Positions 1 through 13,020 of a stretch of 64,000 bases of DNA are shown piece after piece. The translations under genes were made by a program, and so were the position numbers. Source of the DNA: Mytilus californianus (Eukaryota); the NCBI RefSeq assembly GCF_021869535.1, contig NW_026262679.1, forward strand, positions 118,048,001 to 118,112,000. Reading direction: 5' to 3'. Below the pieces are notes generated by a model. It made no database searches and had not been told where the DNA came from. It worked only from the letters and a program-made list of their open reading frames with translations. Every line of letters begins with the position of its first letter. Position 1 is the stretch's first letter.

Positions 1-256
1 TTATAGAACTTCAATATATACTAAATCTATCCAAGAAACAATACATTACATCAGCAATGTCATAGAACTTCAATATATACCAAAGATATCCAAGAAACAA
101 TACATTACATCAGAAATGTCACAGAACTTCAATATATACCAAAGATATCCAAGAAACAATACATTACATTCGAAATGTCATAGAACTTCAATATATATAC
201 TAATATATCCAAGAAACAATACATTGCATCAGAAATGTCATAAGTTCAATATATAT
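1..256. repeat. 59-bp minisatellite, about 4 copies, with one further copy at ~454-520
   Basis: Unit tatccaagaaacaatacattacatcagaaatgtcatagaacttcaatatatac recurs at 31, 90, 149 and 209, and resumes after an insertion at ~454. Confidence 0.9.
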
Positions 257-453
257 ATAGATTCCACAACTGCAACAAGTGTGTTACGATATTTCTCCAC
301 TCGAGACAGTTAAATTTTGTTATTTTAAGCGCGAGGCTTGCCGAGCTCTTTAAATAATTAAAATTTAACTGTTGAACAGATTTTTCACTAGTGAGGAGAA
401 CTATTTTTCTCTCACCGATCAAGAAATGTGAAAATAGCGCAAAAATTAGAGAA
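257..453. mobile_element. Short palindromic non-autonomous element inserted in the 59-bp array
   Basis: Perfect 13-bp inverted repeat acagttaaatttt (306) / aaaatttaactgt (to 372) around gcgcgaggcttgccgagc; it interrupts the tandem array at a TA run. Confidence 0.6.
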
Positions 454-1974
454 ATACTAAATCTATCCAGGAAACAAATTACATTACATCAGAAATGTCA
501 TAGAACTTAAATATATAGTACTTACATTTGGTGTTGTATTGACATACAACAACATGTTCAAGTGTTAATAGGAGTATGACATTGTGTTGTCAGGGTAAAA
601 TACTGTATTAAAGTACACACCATCATTAAGCTTGATGGTCAAATTGTTTTTTTAAAATACTAATTACCGTACTGAATTTCAAATTTCAGTGTACTGAAAA
701 GTTTAATTTCTTTTAATTTTTCTGTTTTTGTTGGTGTTTGGGTTTCTGTATAACTGACATATATCCCATATCCCCTTTTATTGGTATTTCTTTTAAAACA
801 AAATGTATTAAACATGATTCATTAATATATTTCAAAATTTTTCAATGGTATTTAAATTATTTGGTCAACTGTTTTAAAAACATTAAAATTTCCAACTTGA
901 AATTTTCTCCTCAACGAAAATTACAAACATAGAATCCGTCATGTCATATCTTATCCAATATTGTCTTTTGAGATTAATGATTACATGGAAAAAGGTATTC
1001 AGTTAAACTAAAGGTATGTCAAGCAAAGCTCACAAAATCTTTCCCTAAGCCCTTTACAAAGTCCTTGATTTGCAATGGCATTATATGGTGAAGATTCTGA
1101 GAAAGATTCTTTAAATTCTGAATGGATGTTTAGAAGGAGAAGTGGATACAATGTGTAATGTAATATGCAGATATGAAAAGGTCCATGTCGTGCCAAAGTA
1201 AACCCTAAAAATCATTTGGATGAAGAAATAAAATATAAAGTGTAAAAGTACTTATGCTAATACTTCTATGAAAAGTTTTGATTGAGGATAAGTAGAACAT
1301 ACAACAGTGGGATGGAAGGATAATCCAGTCCCCAATCACTATTTGGCCCCTTTCAAAAAGCAAAAGTATGATAATAGCATTTCTTGGTTTACTTTTTATT
1401 CCCCAGTTTGTGTCAATGTTTTGGGTTTTCCGGTAATTACTTTTTCTAAAGTTTCCATGTACCGATAAACAAATAGTTTACATACTACATACAAAATGTA
1501 CCTTCAGACTTTTATTCTGTGTCAGACTGTCTGACCCAAAAACACAATGATAAAATAAAAACATGCATAGTTTATCATAAAAAATTTTTTTTTTTTCAAA
1601 GTACTTATCAAACATTTACAAACTTCATTTGTCATTTTTAATATGGGACAGAGACAGTGCAGTAAAATATATTTATTGCATGAAAATAATGTAAATCACA
1701 AACAAATTTACAAAAAAAAAAATGTATTCTAGATTTTTTAATCTGTGCCGTTATAAATGTAATTGATAGGTTAAATTGCTAAGTCACAAAAAAACAAGGG
1801 GTAACAAGGAGCCTGTATTGCTCACATAGCATAACAAAACTTCAAACTAAGTACCCATATATTTATCATCTGTTTTAAAAAAATAGGCATCTTGATTGTA
1901 AAGTAGACTTATGCAGTCATTGGACAAACTTTTTAATTAGACCCCTATGAGGTATTTTGACCCCAATGGAAAAT

Positions 1975-2128
1975 AAATAAGATGTGATATGAGTGCCAAT
2001 GAGACAACTCTCCATCCAAGTCACAATGTGTAAAAAGTAAACAATTATAGGTCAAAGTACGGTCTTCAACACGGAGCCTTGGCTCACACGAAACAGCAAG
2101 CTATAAAGGGCCCCAAAATGACTAGTAT
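1975..2128. mobile_element. Fragment of abundant SINE-like interspersed repeat (family A: gatgtg..gccaatgagacaactctcca)
   Basis: Reverse complement of the 3' parts of the copies at 4500-4888 and 55376-55640. Confidence 0.8.
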
Positions 2129-2292
2129 GTAAGGAAAATTGAACCTAGATTCAAAATTTACTCCCATGCATGTTAGCATCAATAAACGTCATAAAACAAG
2201 ATAATGATGACTTTCTTCTTTTTTTCGAAAATTGTGACAATTTCTGATGAATTGAAAATGATTCCTCATCAATCTTACATAGCATGTTCCAG

Positions 2293-2353
2293 TATATATA
2301 CTCCTACAGCACAATGATTAGAGCACAACGTTCCCATCCTACACAAGGTAAGT
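2293..2353 (+). promoter_or_regulatory. Candidate TATA box, short non-coding exon 1 and splice donor of the Gly-rich gene
   Basis: tatatata at 2293-2300, perfect donor AAG|GTAAGT at 2347/2348, and acceptor tttcAG at 5763-5764 just 7 nt before the ATG at 5772. Confidence 0.55.
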
Positions 2354-3099
2354 AATCTTATTGATACCTATTCATTGGCTATGACATTTGAAAAATATAT
2401 ACAGGTGCTTCTAATTCTCTTGCTAAATTTTTACGCTTAGAAATAATCCAGATTTAATAAGATGCCTTCGATTCTTAATGTTTTTGTCAATGAAATTTCA
2501 TTTGGAATCAAATACGTTTTAATTCGGTTTCTTTTCAAAATTACTAGAAGAATATTACATAAGACAGGAATAATAACTTTAAAAGGAACAACCATAACCT
2601 TCAAGAACTAAACTAAATACCATCTTTAATTAGAGAAAGATTAGATTCCCATCTTTATTTCATACTTAATATAATATCAACGACTTTTACTAGTACTATT
2701 CAATATGATGCTTCTTTGGCTTTGCTCTTTAATTTGAATTACTCCTTTTAATATTGTCACCTTTATGATTTTCCAGCAGACATATATTTTGTAAATTACT
2801 TATCAAAATTGTATGCCTCCTATCATAGACTAAATAATATTGCCACTCCTGGAGAGCTAGTTGAATTTTTGGTATAAATATATGGATATGCCAAATGCAA
2901 ACCACACAAATATTCACACGATACTGCATTACAAACTGTTGTATATCAGAGTTATCCAATTTCCTTGGAATGCGCTATTGTAATTATTTCATTTTTATGA
3001 AGAGCTGTTTTAAAAATAATTAATTTTAATGAAACTAAATTGATATGGTGAAACTCGGGTAAATCTAAGGTAAAGTAACCTGAAAAGGCACAAATTTTA

Positions 3100-3940
3100 A
3101 TACAAATACCTAAATAGCTGTGTGTTAACACTCCAAGATACAAAAATCTAAATAGCTGTGTGTTAAAACTAAAAGTTACATATATCTAAATAGCTGTGTG
3201 TTAATACTCAAAGATACAAACATCTAAATAGCTGTGTGTCAATACTCCAAGATACAAATATCTAAATAGCTATGTGTTAATACTCAAAGATACAAATATC
3301 TAAATAGCTGTGTGTTAATACTCAAAGATACAAACATCTAAATAGCTGTGTGTCAATACTCCAAGATACAAATATCTAAAAAGCTGTGTGTTAATACTTA
3401 AAGATACAAATACCTAAATAGCTGTGTGCTAATACTCCAAGATACAAACATCTAAATAGCTGTGTGTCAATACTCCAAGATACAAATATCTAAATAGCTG
3501 TGTGTTAATACTCAAAGATACAAATATCTAAATAGCTGTGTGTTAATACTCAAAGATACAAATATCTAAATAGCTGTGTGCTAATACTCCAAGATAAAAA
3601 TATCTGAATAGCTGTGTGTTAATACTCAAAGATACAAATATCTAAATAGCTGTGTGTTAATACTCAAAGATACAAATACTAAATAGCTGTGTGCTAATAT
3701 TCCAAGATAAAAATATCTGAATAGCTGTGTGTTAATACTCAAAGCTACAAATATCTAAATAGCTATGTGTTAATACTGAAAGATACAAATATCTAAATAG
3801 CTGTGTGTTAATACTTAAAGATGCAAATATCTAAATAGATGTGTGTTAATACTGAAAGATACAAATATCTAAATAGCTGTGTGTTAATACTCAAAGATAC
3901 AAATATCTAAATATCGGTGTGTTAAATCAATACTCAAAGT
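3100..3940. repeat. 38-bp minisatellite, about 22 copies
   Basis: Unit atctaaatagctgtgtgttaatactcaaagatacaaat; period 38 (3301 to 3339). Confidence 0.95.
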
Positions 3941-4499
3941 GACAATGGTCAGTTAGAAGAAATCAGTTTTGAAATACCGGTAATATGCTGATCATGACAG
4001 TTAATTATTATTTGTTTACCTTTTACGATATCTCAGGAAATATGAAGGAAAACATATATAAACTCTTTTTATTTAGGTTCATTTAATCTTTTAAAAAGAT
4101 TATAATAACCAAGTTCTTTTCATATATTAATTTATGAATTTGAAACACAAATTAGTAAATGAACAACTATTATTTTGCATGTTTTATTTTCAACTGAAAA
4201 GATGTTTTTAATTTCCTTCAAGATATTGCATCCTGACCATGATGGCAAGACTTGACTTTTGGCAAAAGTAATCTTGGTTCATGACCTTTATCATAAATGC
4301 CTTAATAACCACCTTTTGGTGCACACTAGTACTGTGCATTATATAGTACATAGTGTCACCTATCTCTCCAAATCCCGATATTATTCTTCCCTTAGTTTAT
4401 TTATTTTGTATTTACAATGTGTCATAGGTCAAATTTATTTGTTCAGTGTATGTTCAATGGTGTTAATATGTCCTTTGATTGAGTTAAGCTATTTCAGTT

Positions 4500-4888
4500 G
4501 ATATTTTTAAAGTGTGTCTTTCTATGTGTTACACTATTGTTTCAGAAAAAGGGTGAAGGTTTGGTACCATTAAAACGTTTAAACCCGCTGCATTTGTTTG
4601 CACCTGTCCTAAGTCATGAATCTGATGTTCAGTAGTTGTCGTTTGTTGATGTGGTTCATAAGTGTTTCTCGTTTCTCGTTTTTTATATAGATTAGACTGT
4701 TGGTTTTCCCGTTTGAATTGTTTTACACTAGTAATTTTTTGGGGCCCTTTATAGCTTACTGTTCGGTGTGAGCCAAGGCTCTGTGTTGAAGACCGTACTG
4801 TGACCTATAATGGTTTACTTTTATAAATTTTGACTTGGATGGAGAGTTGTCTCATTGGCACTCATACCACATCTTCTTATATCTATAA
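4500..4888. mobile_element. SINE-like interspersed repeat, family A
   Basis: Near-identical to 55376-55640 and ends catcttcttatatcta. Confidence 0.8.
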
Positions 4889-5771
4889 CATGTATAATGA
4901 ACATTGTGTAAAAAAAGTATTAATTCTTTATAAATGACTGGATATTGTTATCTCAATGATGTTTACCCTACTTTTCCTTTACTTTTATTATCTAATGAGT
5001 CTTATAGCGTCCTGTCAACTTTTAATAAAAATAAAGGTAGCTTTATATCTTAGATACAGGTGCAATGATCTATCTCCCTATACAACCATAATACGAGATG
5101 TCTCCGTTTTAAAAGATTTTCAGAACTATACTGTTCTATCTCAATACTTTGCATTATAAAGTAGCCTATGTGTTGTAGTTTTCTATCAAAAAGGGGTGGG
5201 GGAGGGTTAATTTCAAGTGATTGTTTATTCAAAATAAAAATGAACAACATGTTGCTCCTCAAATCTCTAAATTGTTTTCCTACATAAATTTCTATTTCCC
5301 ATAAAAAAATAGGAATTGGCACTTACCTTATATTCAATGTAACAACGGACAGTCCTCCTTTTAAACCACTTGGTTGATAGAATAGGCATATACTTATGTG
5401 AAGGGGGATTCAAAAGGAAGTCTTGCCAAGCTTTAGTTTTGTTATTCTCTAGTCTGGTAGTTCGGAGTTTTACTATTAACGGAGAACACTAATCGATAGG
5501 TGATAAAGACATAGATATCTAAGTTTTTATTTTTATTTTTTGTTTGCTGTTACCTCATATTCACTACAAAAAAATCTATCCTTTTTATTTGTTCCTTAAC
5601 ACTGTATGTTCTCATAAGATTATATAACCAAAAAACACAAAGTCACTTACATAATGTCATACAACAAAGATGTCATGATCCTAAAAACACCAACTTAAAA
5701 TGATAAGAAGTTGTACCACATAAATTAGATTATATATATATACATTATAAACATATATTTTCAGATACAAC

Positions 5772-6392
5772 ATGAAGCTCTCCATTGCTCTAGGTTTACT
5801 ACTGGCAGCTGTCTGCACCAATGTCACTTACGGCAAATGTTGGGGTAAAGGCTGTGGTGGATACGGTGGCGGATATGGTGGTGGATATGGAGGTGGATAT
5901 AGAGGCCTAGGTGGATGGGGCTTAGGAGGTGGATATGGAGGACGGGGCCTAGGAGGTGGATATGGAGGACGGGGCCTAGGAGGTGGATATGGAGGACGGG
6001 GCCTAGGAGGTGGATATGGAGGACGGGGCCTAGGAGGTGGATATGGAGGACGGGGTAAAGGAGGTGGATATGGAGGATGGGGCCTAGGAGGTGGATATGG
6101 AGGACGGGGCCTAGGAGGTGGATATGGAGGACGGGGCCTAGGAGGTGGATATGGAGGACGGGGCCTAGGAGGTGGATATGGAGGATGGGGTAAAGGAGGT
6201 GGATATGGAGGATGGGGTCTACGAGGCGGATATGGAGGATGGGGCCTAGGAGGTGGATATGGAGGATGGGGAAAAGGAGGTGGATATGGAGGATGGGGTC
6301 TAGGAGGTGGATACGGTGGAGGATGGGGTCTAGGAGGTGGATACAGAGGTGGATACAGAGGTGTTGTACTTAAAGGAAAAGGATCATACTAG
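5772..6392 (+). CDS. Secreted glycine-rich protein with about 14 GGGYGG[R/W]G[L/K] repeats (matrix/adhesive or antimicrobial-type)
   Basis: 206-aa ORF with hydrophobic signal peptide MKLSIALGLLLAAVCTNVTYG, a CWGKGC motif, a 27-bp coding repeat, no Asp/Glu, and a splice acceptor directly upstream. Confidence 0.92.
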   Translation: MKLSIALGLLLAAVCTNVTYGKCWGKGCGGYGGGYGGGYGGGYRGLGGWGLGGGYGGRGLGGGYGGRGLGGGYGGRGLGGGYGGRGLGGGYGGRGKGGGYGGWGLGGGYGGRGLGGGYGGRGLGGGYGGRGLGGGYGGWGKGGGYGGWGLRGGYGGWGLGGGYGGWGKGGGYGGWGLGGGYGGGWGLGGGYRGGYRGVVLKGKGSY

Positions 6393-7038
6393 TAAATTAA
6401 GGAAATCTTGTTCTGTACTGTTTCAAAAGGCAAAATGGACATTAGTTTAAGTTAAATCTTCTTATAAATACATGTAGATATCTAGCAAATACAAAATAGC
6501 CGTGTAACTGTGTTTCTTCTTTATTTTTATTTAAAAAGTTTTTATCCTTCATACAAATGTAAATTTCACAAAAAAAAATAAAGGAGTAGGTTTGATCAGG
6601 CACTCAAATAGCCCCTATTTCTAACTACAATTTCAAATTAGGATTTATTGACCAATATCACAATGAATCATGAGGGTCTGGATTGGGGGTCCATCAATTA
6701 TGTGTGCTTTAATGTTTAAAGCCATTTTTCTCTATACTTGTTAAATTTTGTCTCTTATTCTCTATTCTTTATATTTAAGCATCCCATTATTCTCTATTTT
6801 TTTTTTTTTGGCCTATTTTCTCAATTTTTTTTATATTTTTTGCCCTTTATTGATCTTTATTCTGCATGTTTTGTCCATTATTCTCAATTCTGTAAACCCC
6901 AACAAGACCCTCAATCATAACCAATACAATGACTAGACAAGAAATATATCTTTTTGTTTTAAGTTTATGTACTTGCGTTCTATTCATGACGTCACACATA
7001 GCATTTATTTTGATTTTCCACGAAATTTTAATGAATAC

Positions 7039-7071
7039 CAAGGACGTATAACTGTCTAATATACGTCCTTG
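7039..7071. other. Perfect 12-bp hairpin, probably the core of a non-autonomous element
   Basis: caaggacgtata (7039-7050) / tatacgtccttg (7060-7071). Confidence 0.6.
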
Positions 7072-7904
7072 TGAAAACAGGTAAATTTCCATTAATTTTT
7101 TACAGAAAACATAGAGCGCATGCGCCGTCAACAAAGAACTTTTCAAAAAATGTTTGTACCTAAGTATAACATTTTACGTATCTGACTTTAATATTCAGTT
7201 TGTCGACGTTTGCGCTCTATGTTTCCTAAGCATAAATTTCGTTGAAATCTTGAAAATTTAGGTCTAATCCGCAAAAATTTCTATTTTTTGGTCTATTTTG
7301 AGTGTAAAAAATCAACGCTTTAAACTAAAACTTGGACAAAAAAGTTCTGTTTAACTTTCTCACATATCTTTTCACCAGCTTTAACATTTTCCATTTTGAA
7401 ACATTGAACTTAATAATCGGGACCTTCGTTGTCAGTCATCCTTTTTCAGCCATTTAACCATAGATGAGATTCAAGTAAAATACATGGATGTTCCACTTAG
7501 AAAATATGTTCTTAACAAAAATCAAATCAATATGTTTGTCAATGTATTGCAAGAGATCATTAAGGTCAAGTTTGTTTCAACAATGATACAAAATTTCAAA
7601 GAAGAAGCTTTCAAAGTAATTTTCAATTATGGCAGAGGTTCCCTGTAATATGCCATTCCATTCTGACATTAATACAAAAAATTCCGGAAAATCAAGCTTG
7701 TGCATTGACTTTTTATATAGGCCATTTACAGCCTTTGAGTCCCTAATAGACAACTTTCAAATTCATGCACTTTCCCGTAAATTTCCTATGTCACAATGCT
7801 CATGGTCATAGTAAGAACCCAATGTTCGATGACGTCATTTACGCTGATTGACCTCGGGTCAACCCATGTAACTGATTCATAAATGGAATGCTCCCGGGGT
7901 GCAG

Positions 7905-10400
7905 CTTGATACGATCACAGAGGTCAAATCCTGAACAGTTGGGGAAGTATGGACACTAAATTCAAGCTTGATACAGCTCTGAATTTGGATTGTTATAAAA
8001 TTTGACACAGCATAGGTTTCTGACACATAATGAATGTGGTCAAATAACTGATAAATTTGAAATTGGACTTTTACTTTTTACGGTCCAATATCCAAAATCA
8101 AAATACACGGTTAGATTCAGCATATCCAAGTACACCAAGAATTTAATTTATTTATTTATCAATGGACACTATTAACTAAGTTTTTAATATATCTCAATCA
8201 GCAAAATTCTTAGTAACACTTAAAAATAAAATGACAGCTTCTCATTTGCATATCACCCCAAAGATAAGACAAACATTAAGAGCTTAAACATTGTAAGGGA
8301 GGCAACTCGTGATGTAAAAAAAACCCAAACAAATGAAATTGATCAAAAATAAGCAATTCAGCATCGCATAAACCCCTACCATTCAATTTTTTGTTGAAAT
8401 CAAACAAAGTTTAATTTGGACCCTATGAACCCTGGTGTGGAGCAATTTGAAAAATGGGCCTAAAATCCATAATCTAAATACTATTAGATTAAGCATATTG
8501 ATAGCAATCAAAGTTTAATTGTGTACCCTAATTTGTACCCACTTAAAAACACAGCCCAAAATCAAAATTTTAAATACATGTTAAGAATACGCATATCAAA
8601 GAACCCCTATATTTCAAGATTATTCAAACCCCATTGAAATTGGTCAGAAATAATCAATTCAAACAAAGTTTAAATAAAATAAGCGCAGCTTGGTACGACC
8701 GCAGAGGTCAAATCCTGAACAGTTGGGGTAGGTATGGACACTACATTCAAGCTTGATACAGCTCTAAATTTGGACTGTGAATAAATATTTGACACAGCAT
8801 AGGTTTCTGACACAGAATGAAAGTGGTCAAAGAACTGACAAATTTGAAATTGGACTTTTACCTTTTATGGTCCAATATCCAAAATCTAAATACACGGTTA
8901 GATTCAGCATATCCAAATACAAAAGAGTTTAATTAATTATTTATTTATGTAAAAATAAGGAGATGTGATATGAATGCCAATGAGACAACTATCCACCAAA
9001 GTTCAAATGAAGTGGATGTAAGCACTTATAGGCAACCGTACGTCCTTCAACAATGAGAAAAACCCATACCGTATGGTCGGCTATAAAGATGCCCCGACAT
9101 GAAAAATATGAAACAATTCAATTGAGAAAATTAACGGCCTAACTTATAACAAAACAATTTTCGAAAAACAAATATGACAGACATGAACCAACGACAACAA
9201 CTGAACTACAGGCTCCTGACTTGGGACAGGCATATAAAGAATGTGGCGGGGTTAAACATGTTTGTGAGCGCTCAACCCTCCCCCTTACCTGGGGCAGTGG
9301 TGTAACAGTACAACATAAAAACAAACTATAAAAATCAGTTGAAAAAGGCTTAACTCATCAGATTGATACAAATAGAAATACATCTAACAAAAACACAGAG
9401 TGGACGTGAACGGGTACATCCCCACAACAAAAAGAATAAGTACAGATCTGATAGTACTCGCAGTTACTGACAGCTAGTTCAATGCCAATAACAACTAATA
9501 AAAAAATCATGTATCTAAGACTAAAACATCAATCAGTACACATCCAATATCCAATGGATTTAGTGTAAAGACGTCATTAACAGTCAGAGAAAAACATGAC
9601 ATTGTGCAATGCCAAACTATAGGTATCGACAAATTGTAGTACCGTGAAAGTACATATGTGTAATATTTAGTATGGTTTTAATTTACTGATAACAAAATCA
9701 ATATTTATACCAATAAAAACAATACTTCAAAATATTTACTGACACAGAATGAATGTGTTCTAAGAACTTGAAAATTTGAAATTGGACATTTACCTGTTAT
9801 GGTTCAATATCCAAAATCTAAATACATGGTTAGATTCAGCATACCAAAAAACCCCAAGAATTCAACTTTTTATGAAATCAAACAAAGTTTAATTTTGGAC
9901 CCTTTGAACCTCAATGTGGACCAAGTTGATTACTGGGCCCAAAATCCTAAATCTAAATACATGGTTAGATTCAGCACACCAAAGAACCCCATATATTCAA
10001 TTTTAATGTTGAAAGCAAACACAGTTTAATATTGAACCCGATTTGGACCAAAATTTAAAATATAAATACATGTTTAGATTCAGCATATCAAAGAACCCCT
10101 TGTATTCAATTTTTTGTTGAAATCAAACAAAGTTTAAGGACCCTTTAGACCTTAATGTGGACCAATTTGAAAACGGGCCCCAAAATCAAACATTTAAATA
10201 CATGGTTAGATTCGGCTTATCAAAGAACCCCAATAACTCAGATTTAGATGAAACCAAACAAAGTTTAATTTTGGACCCTTTGGACCAATTTAAAAACGGG
10301 GCCCAAAATCCAAAATCTAAATACACAGTTAAATTCAGCATATTTTAAAAAGAACATCAAGAATTAAACCCCATTGATATTAGTCAAGAAATCAGCAATT
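7905..10400. mobile_element. Composite HINE/Helentron-like repeat with duplicated head (7905-8150, 8686-8940) and degenerate ~140-bp internal subrepeats
   Basis: Repeated ggttagattcagcatatcaaagaacccc and aaacaaagtttaattttggacc blocks; interrupted by a family A insertion. Confidence 0.6.
8945..9720. mobile_element. Long copy of SINE-like family A inserted in the HINE-like repeat
   Basis: Starts aaaaataaggagatgtgatatg..gagacaactatccacc; homologous to 18128-18325, 38905-39360 and 60600-61000. Confidence 0.8.
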
Positions 10401-10424
10401 AATACAAAGTATTAGAAAATTATT

Positions 10425-11347
10425 GTGTTGACCCTTTTTCCCTAAACGTTTAAGGCCATAACCTCCAAAATCGATTCCAACCTTCCTTCTTTGGTATGGA
10501 ACCTTGTGGTACAATTTCATAGAGATCCATAGACTTATACTCAAGTTATTGTCCAGAAACCAGAAAATCCTGGTTTTTTTGCCCTATTTTGGCCCATAAT
10601 TCCTAAACGAATTGAGCCGTAACCCTCAAAATCAATCCCAACCTTGCTTTTGAGGTATGGAACCTTGTTGTACAATTTTAGAGAGATCAATACACTTATA
10701 CACAAGTTATTGTCCTGTAACAAGAAAAATGCTTGTTTTCGGCGCCTTTTTGGCCTCTTATTGCTAAACCGTTAGGACAATAACCCCCCAAAATCAATCT
10801 CAACTTTCCTTTTTGGTATGAAACCTTGTGGTACAATTTCATAGAAATCCATACACTTATACTCAAGTTATTGTCTAGAAATCAAATGTCTTCGGACGAC
10901 CACGATGACGACAACGTATCACCATTATACAACCGCAAAAGTTTTGAGGTCGTATAAAAATTGCTAGTTTTTTACCTACTGCTGGCCCCTTATTCTTAAG
11001 CGGATACGGCCATAACCCCAAAATTCAATCCAGCCTTCCTTTTGTGGTATAGAACCTTGTGGTACAATTTCAAACAAATCCATACACTTATACTCAAGTT
11101 TTTGTCCAGAAACAAGAAAAATGTTTGCTTTTGGCCTCCTTTTTGCCAAAATGTTTTAAAGGGTTAGAGCCATAACCCCAAAAATCAATCCCAACCTTCC
11201 TTTTGTTGTATAGAACCTTTGTTGTACAATATTATAGAGATCCATACACTTATACTCAAGTTATTGTCTGGAAACCAAATGTCTTCGGAAAGACGAAGAC
11301 GTCGCCATACCATTATACGGCCGCAAAGTTTTACAGTCGTATAAAAA
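10425..11347 (+). mobile_element. HINE-like element(s) with tandem core repeats and two 3' ends (GAC-rich tract + terminal hairpin)
   Basis: Core aaaatcaatcccaaccttccttttgtggtatggaaccttgtggtacaatttc repeats; imperfect hairpins at 10925-10957 and 11313-11345. Confidence 0.65.
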
Positions 11348-11808
11348 CAACTCCAGATTGGTGTATACAGCTAAGACATTTTGGAAATTTAGAAACAAAA
11401 ATTAAAACGAGTTATTGGCTTTAAATGTATTTTGATTTGATTGAATAAGTCTTATGTAGATGAAACCTGCATTTGATGTACTAGTACTAAATTATAAGCC
11501 TGGCATCTATAGGGAATTTTTTCCCATCATACACTGCTAATTTAGGCATATTTCAATAAGTACTGACAGAAACAAATATGTAGTTTGAGATTCATATATT
11601 ATTTGCAACCATTTAACTGGTTAAGACCACTCATCCAAATGGAATGTAAATATAAACCGCCTTGGATATATTATCCTAAGTGGAATATACATTTCCTGTG
11701 CACAAAAAAAAGTATTTTAGATTTTGGGGAAGTAATGCAAAAGCAATTAATCTGTTAAAAGCCAGCATTTGTTGTTTGCAAGTTTACTGAATACCTCATT
11801 ATTTGTAA

Positions 11809-11983
11809 GGGCTGTTCCAGAATTAAATGCATGGAGGGGGGATATAAGAGACACTTTTTAAGACCCCGACCACCCATAAATTTACTTATATTTCTTGCAA
11901 AATTCTAAGAAAAATGCAACCACCCATATTTAAATGATTTGAGTGCCTCCCATCCACCAACACGATAAATTTAAGAACAGCCC
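11809..11983. mobile_element. MITE, PIF/Harbinger-like
   Basis: Terminal inverted repeats gggctgttc...gaacagccc, flanked by taa and tga. Confidence 0.65.
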
Positions 11984-12229
11984 TGAGATTGATCCCAAGG
12001 AAAATTTTGTTTACGGTTCAGAGGGATCAACTAAAAAAATTATTCTGTTTACGGAAAATTTATTAACCAAACTTTGCTAGTATTGATCTAAACACTTTTG
12101 AATATTTTCAATGAAATCTTAAAATTAATATTTTTTGCACTTTAAGTTAATATTCTATTTGGCAAATTATATTTCAAACGGGTTATCATAACCCATTTGG
12201 GTGACTGGTCCCAACCTGTGTAAGCCCCA

Positions 12230-13020
12230 AAAATGCAACAAAACTCCCTCTTGAATCCAGGTCAAGTGAAGGTCAAGTCTACTAAAACTTATCATAATAG
12301 GATATTCATTACAGTACTACATAAAAAACAAGATTGCTATGCCATATTGAAATGTCCCCCATCGCTGTATAAATGAGCAATTAAATTGTGTGTCATTAAA
12401 GTACCATAGTCAAAATATGATACAAGTCCCATAACACCCATAAAAATGGTCAAATAACATTTATAGTATAGTATGGTCAACAACACATGATGGCAAACAA
12501 AAGTACCAAGTTAGAGAGCTTTCCGTCAAATGGTAAGGAGTTGTCAAAGTCCCACAACTCCCGTAGAGTTGGTCAAATCAAAATGATGTTGCATTTACAA
12601 AGTGCCATTGTGGTACAAAAGTGAAAAAAGGTCCCATAATTCCCGTAAAACTGGTCAAACCAAAATGATGGTCTAATATGGTCAACTAAACATAAAGGCA
12701 AACAATCCTACTAACTATGAAAGCTTTCCGTCCAATGTTCTCAGAAGATTTGCTTTCACAAAGTCTCATAATCATACAATACTAAAAAAATGGTCAAAGT
12801 ACCTTAACTCCCATAAAAATAGTCAAAAACAATTACGTTATGATATGGTCTACAACACATAACGGCGAACAAAAGTACCAAGTTAGAGAGCTTTCTGTCA
12901 ATTGGTGTAGGAGGAGTTGCATTCACAAAGTGCCATTATGTCAGAAGTGAAAAAAAGTCAAAGTCCCATAACTCCCATAAAATTGGTCAAATCAAAATGA
13001 CAGTAATTAGAATAGATATT
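12230..13020. repeat. Degenerate tandem-core interspersed repeat
   Basis: Recurrent aagtcccataactcccataaaa..ggtcaaatcaaaatga and ggcaaacaaaagtaccaagttagagagctttc blocks. Confidence 0.6.

Noticed and set aside
1008-1196. 62-aa minus-strand ORF, and a plus-strand frame with two TAA stops
   Set aside because: No recognisable domain and no consistent splice context on either strand.
3100-3940. Regular ~38-bp array as a possible CRISPR
   Set aside because: Contiguous tandem units with no unique spacers, in a eukaryotic context. The same applies to the other arrays.
6987-7837. Two TGACGTCA (CRE) palindromes at 6987 and 7830
   Set aside because: Downstream of the Gly-rich gene, in or near repeat-like sequence, with no linked TSS evidence.
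9354-9361. CTGATGAG on the minus strand inside SINE-like family A as a possible hammerhead
   Set aside because: No GAAA after the putative stem II and no stem I partner.
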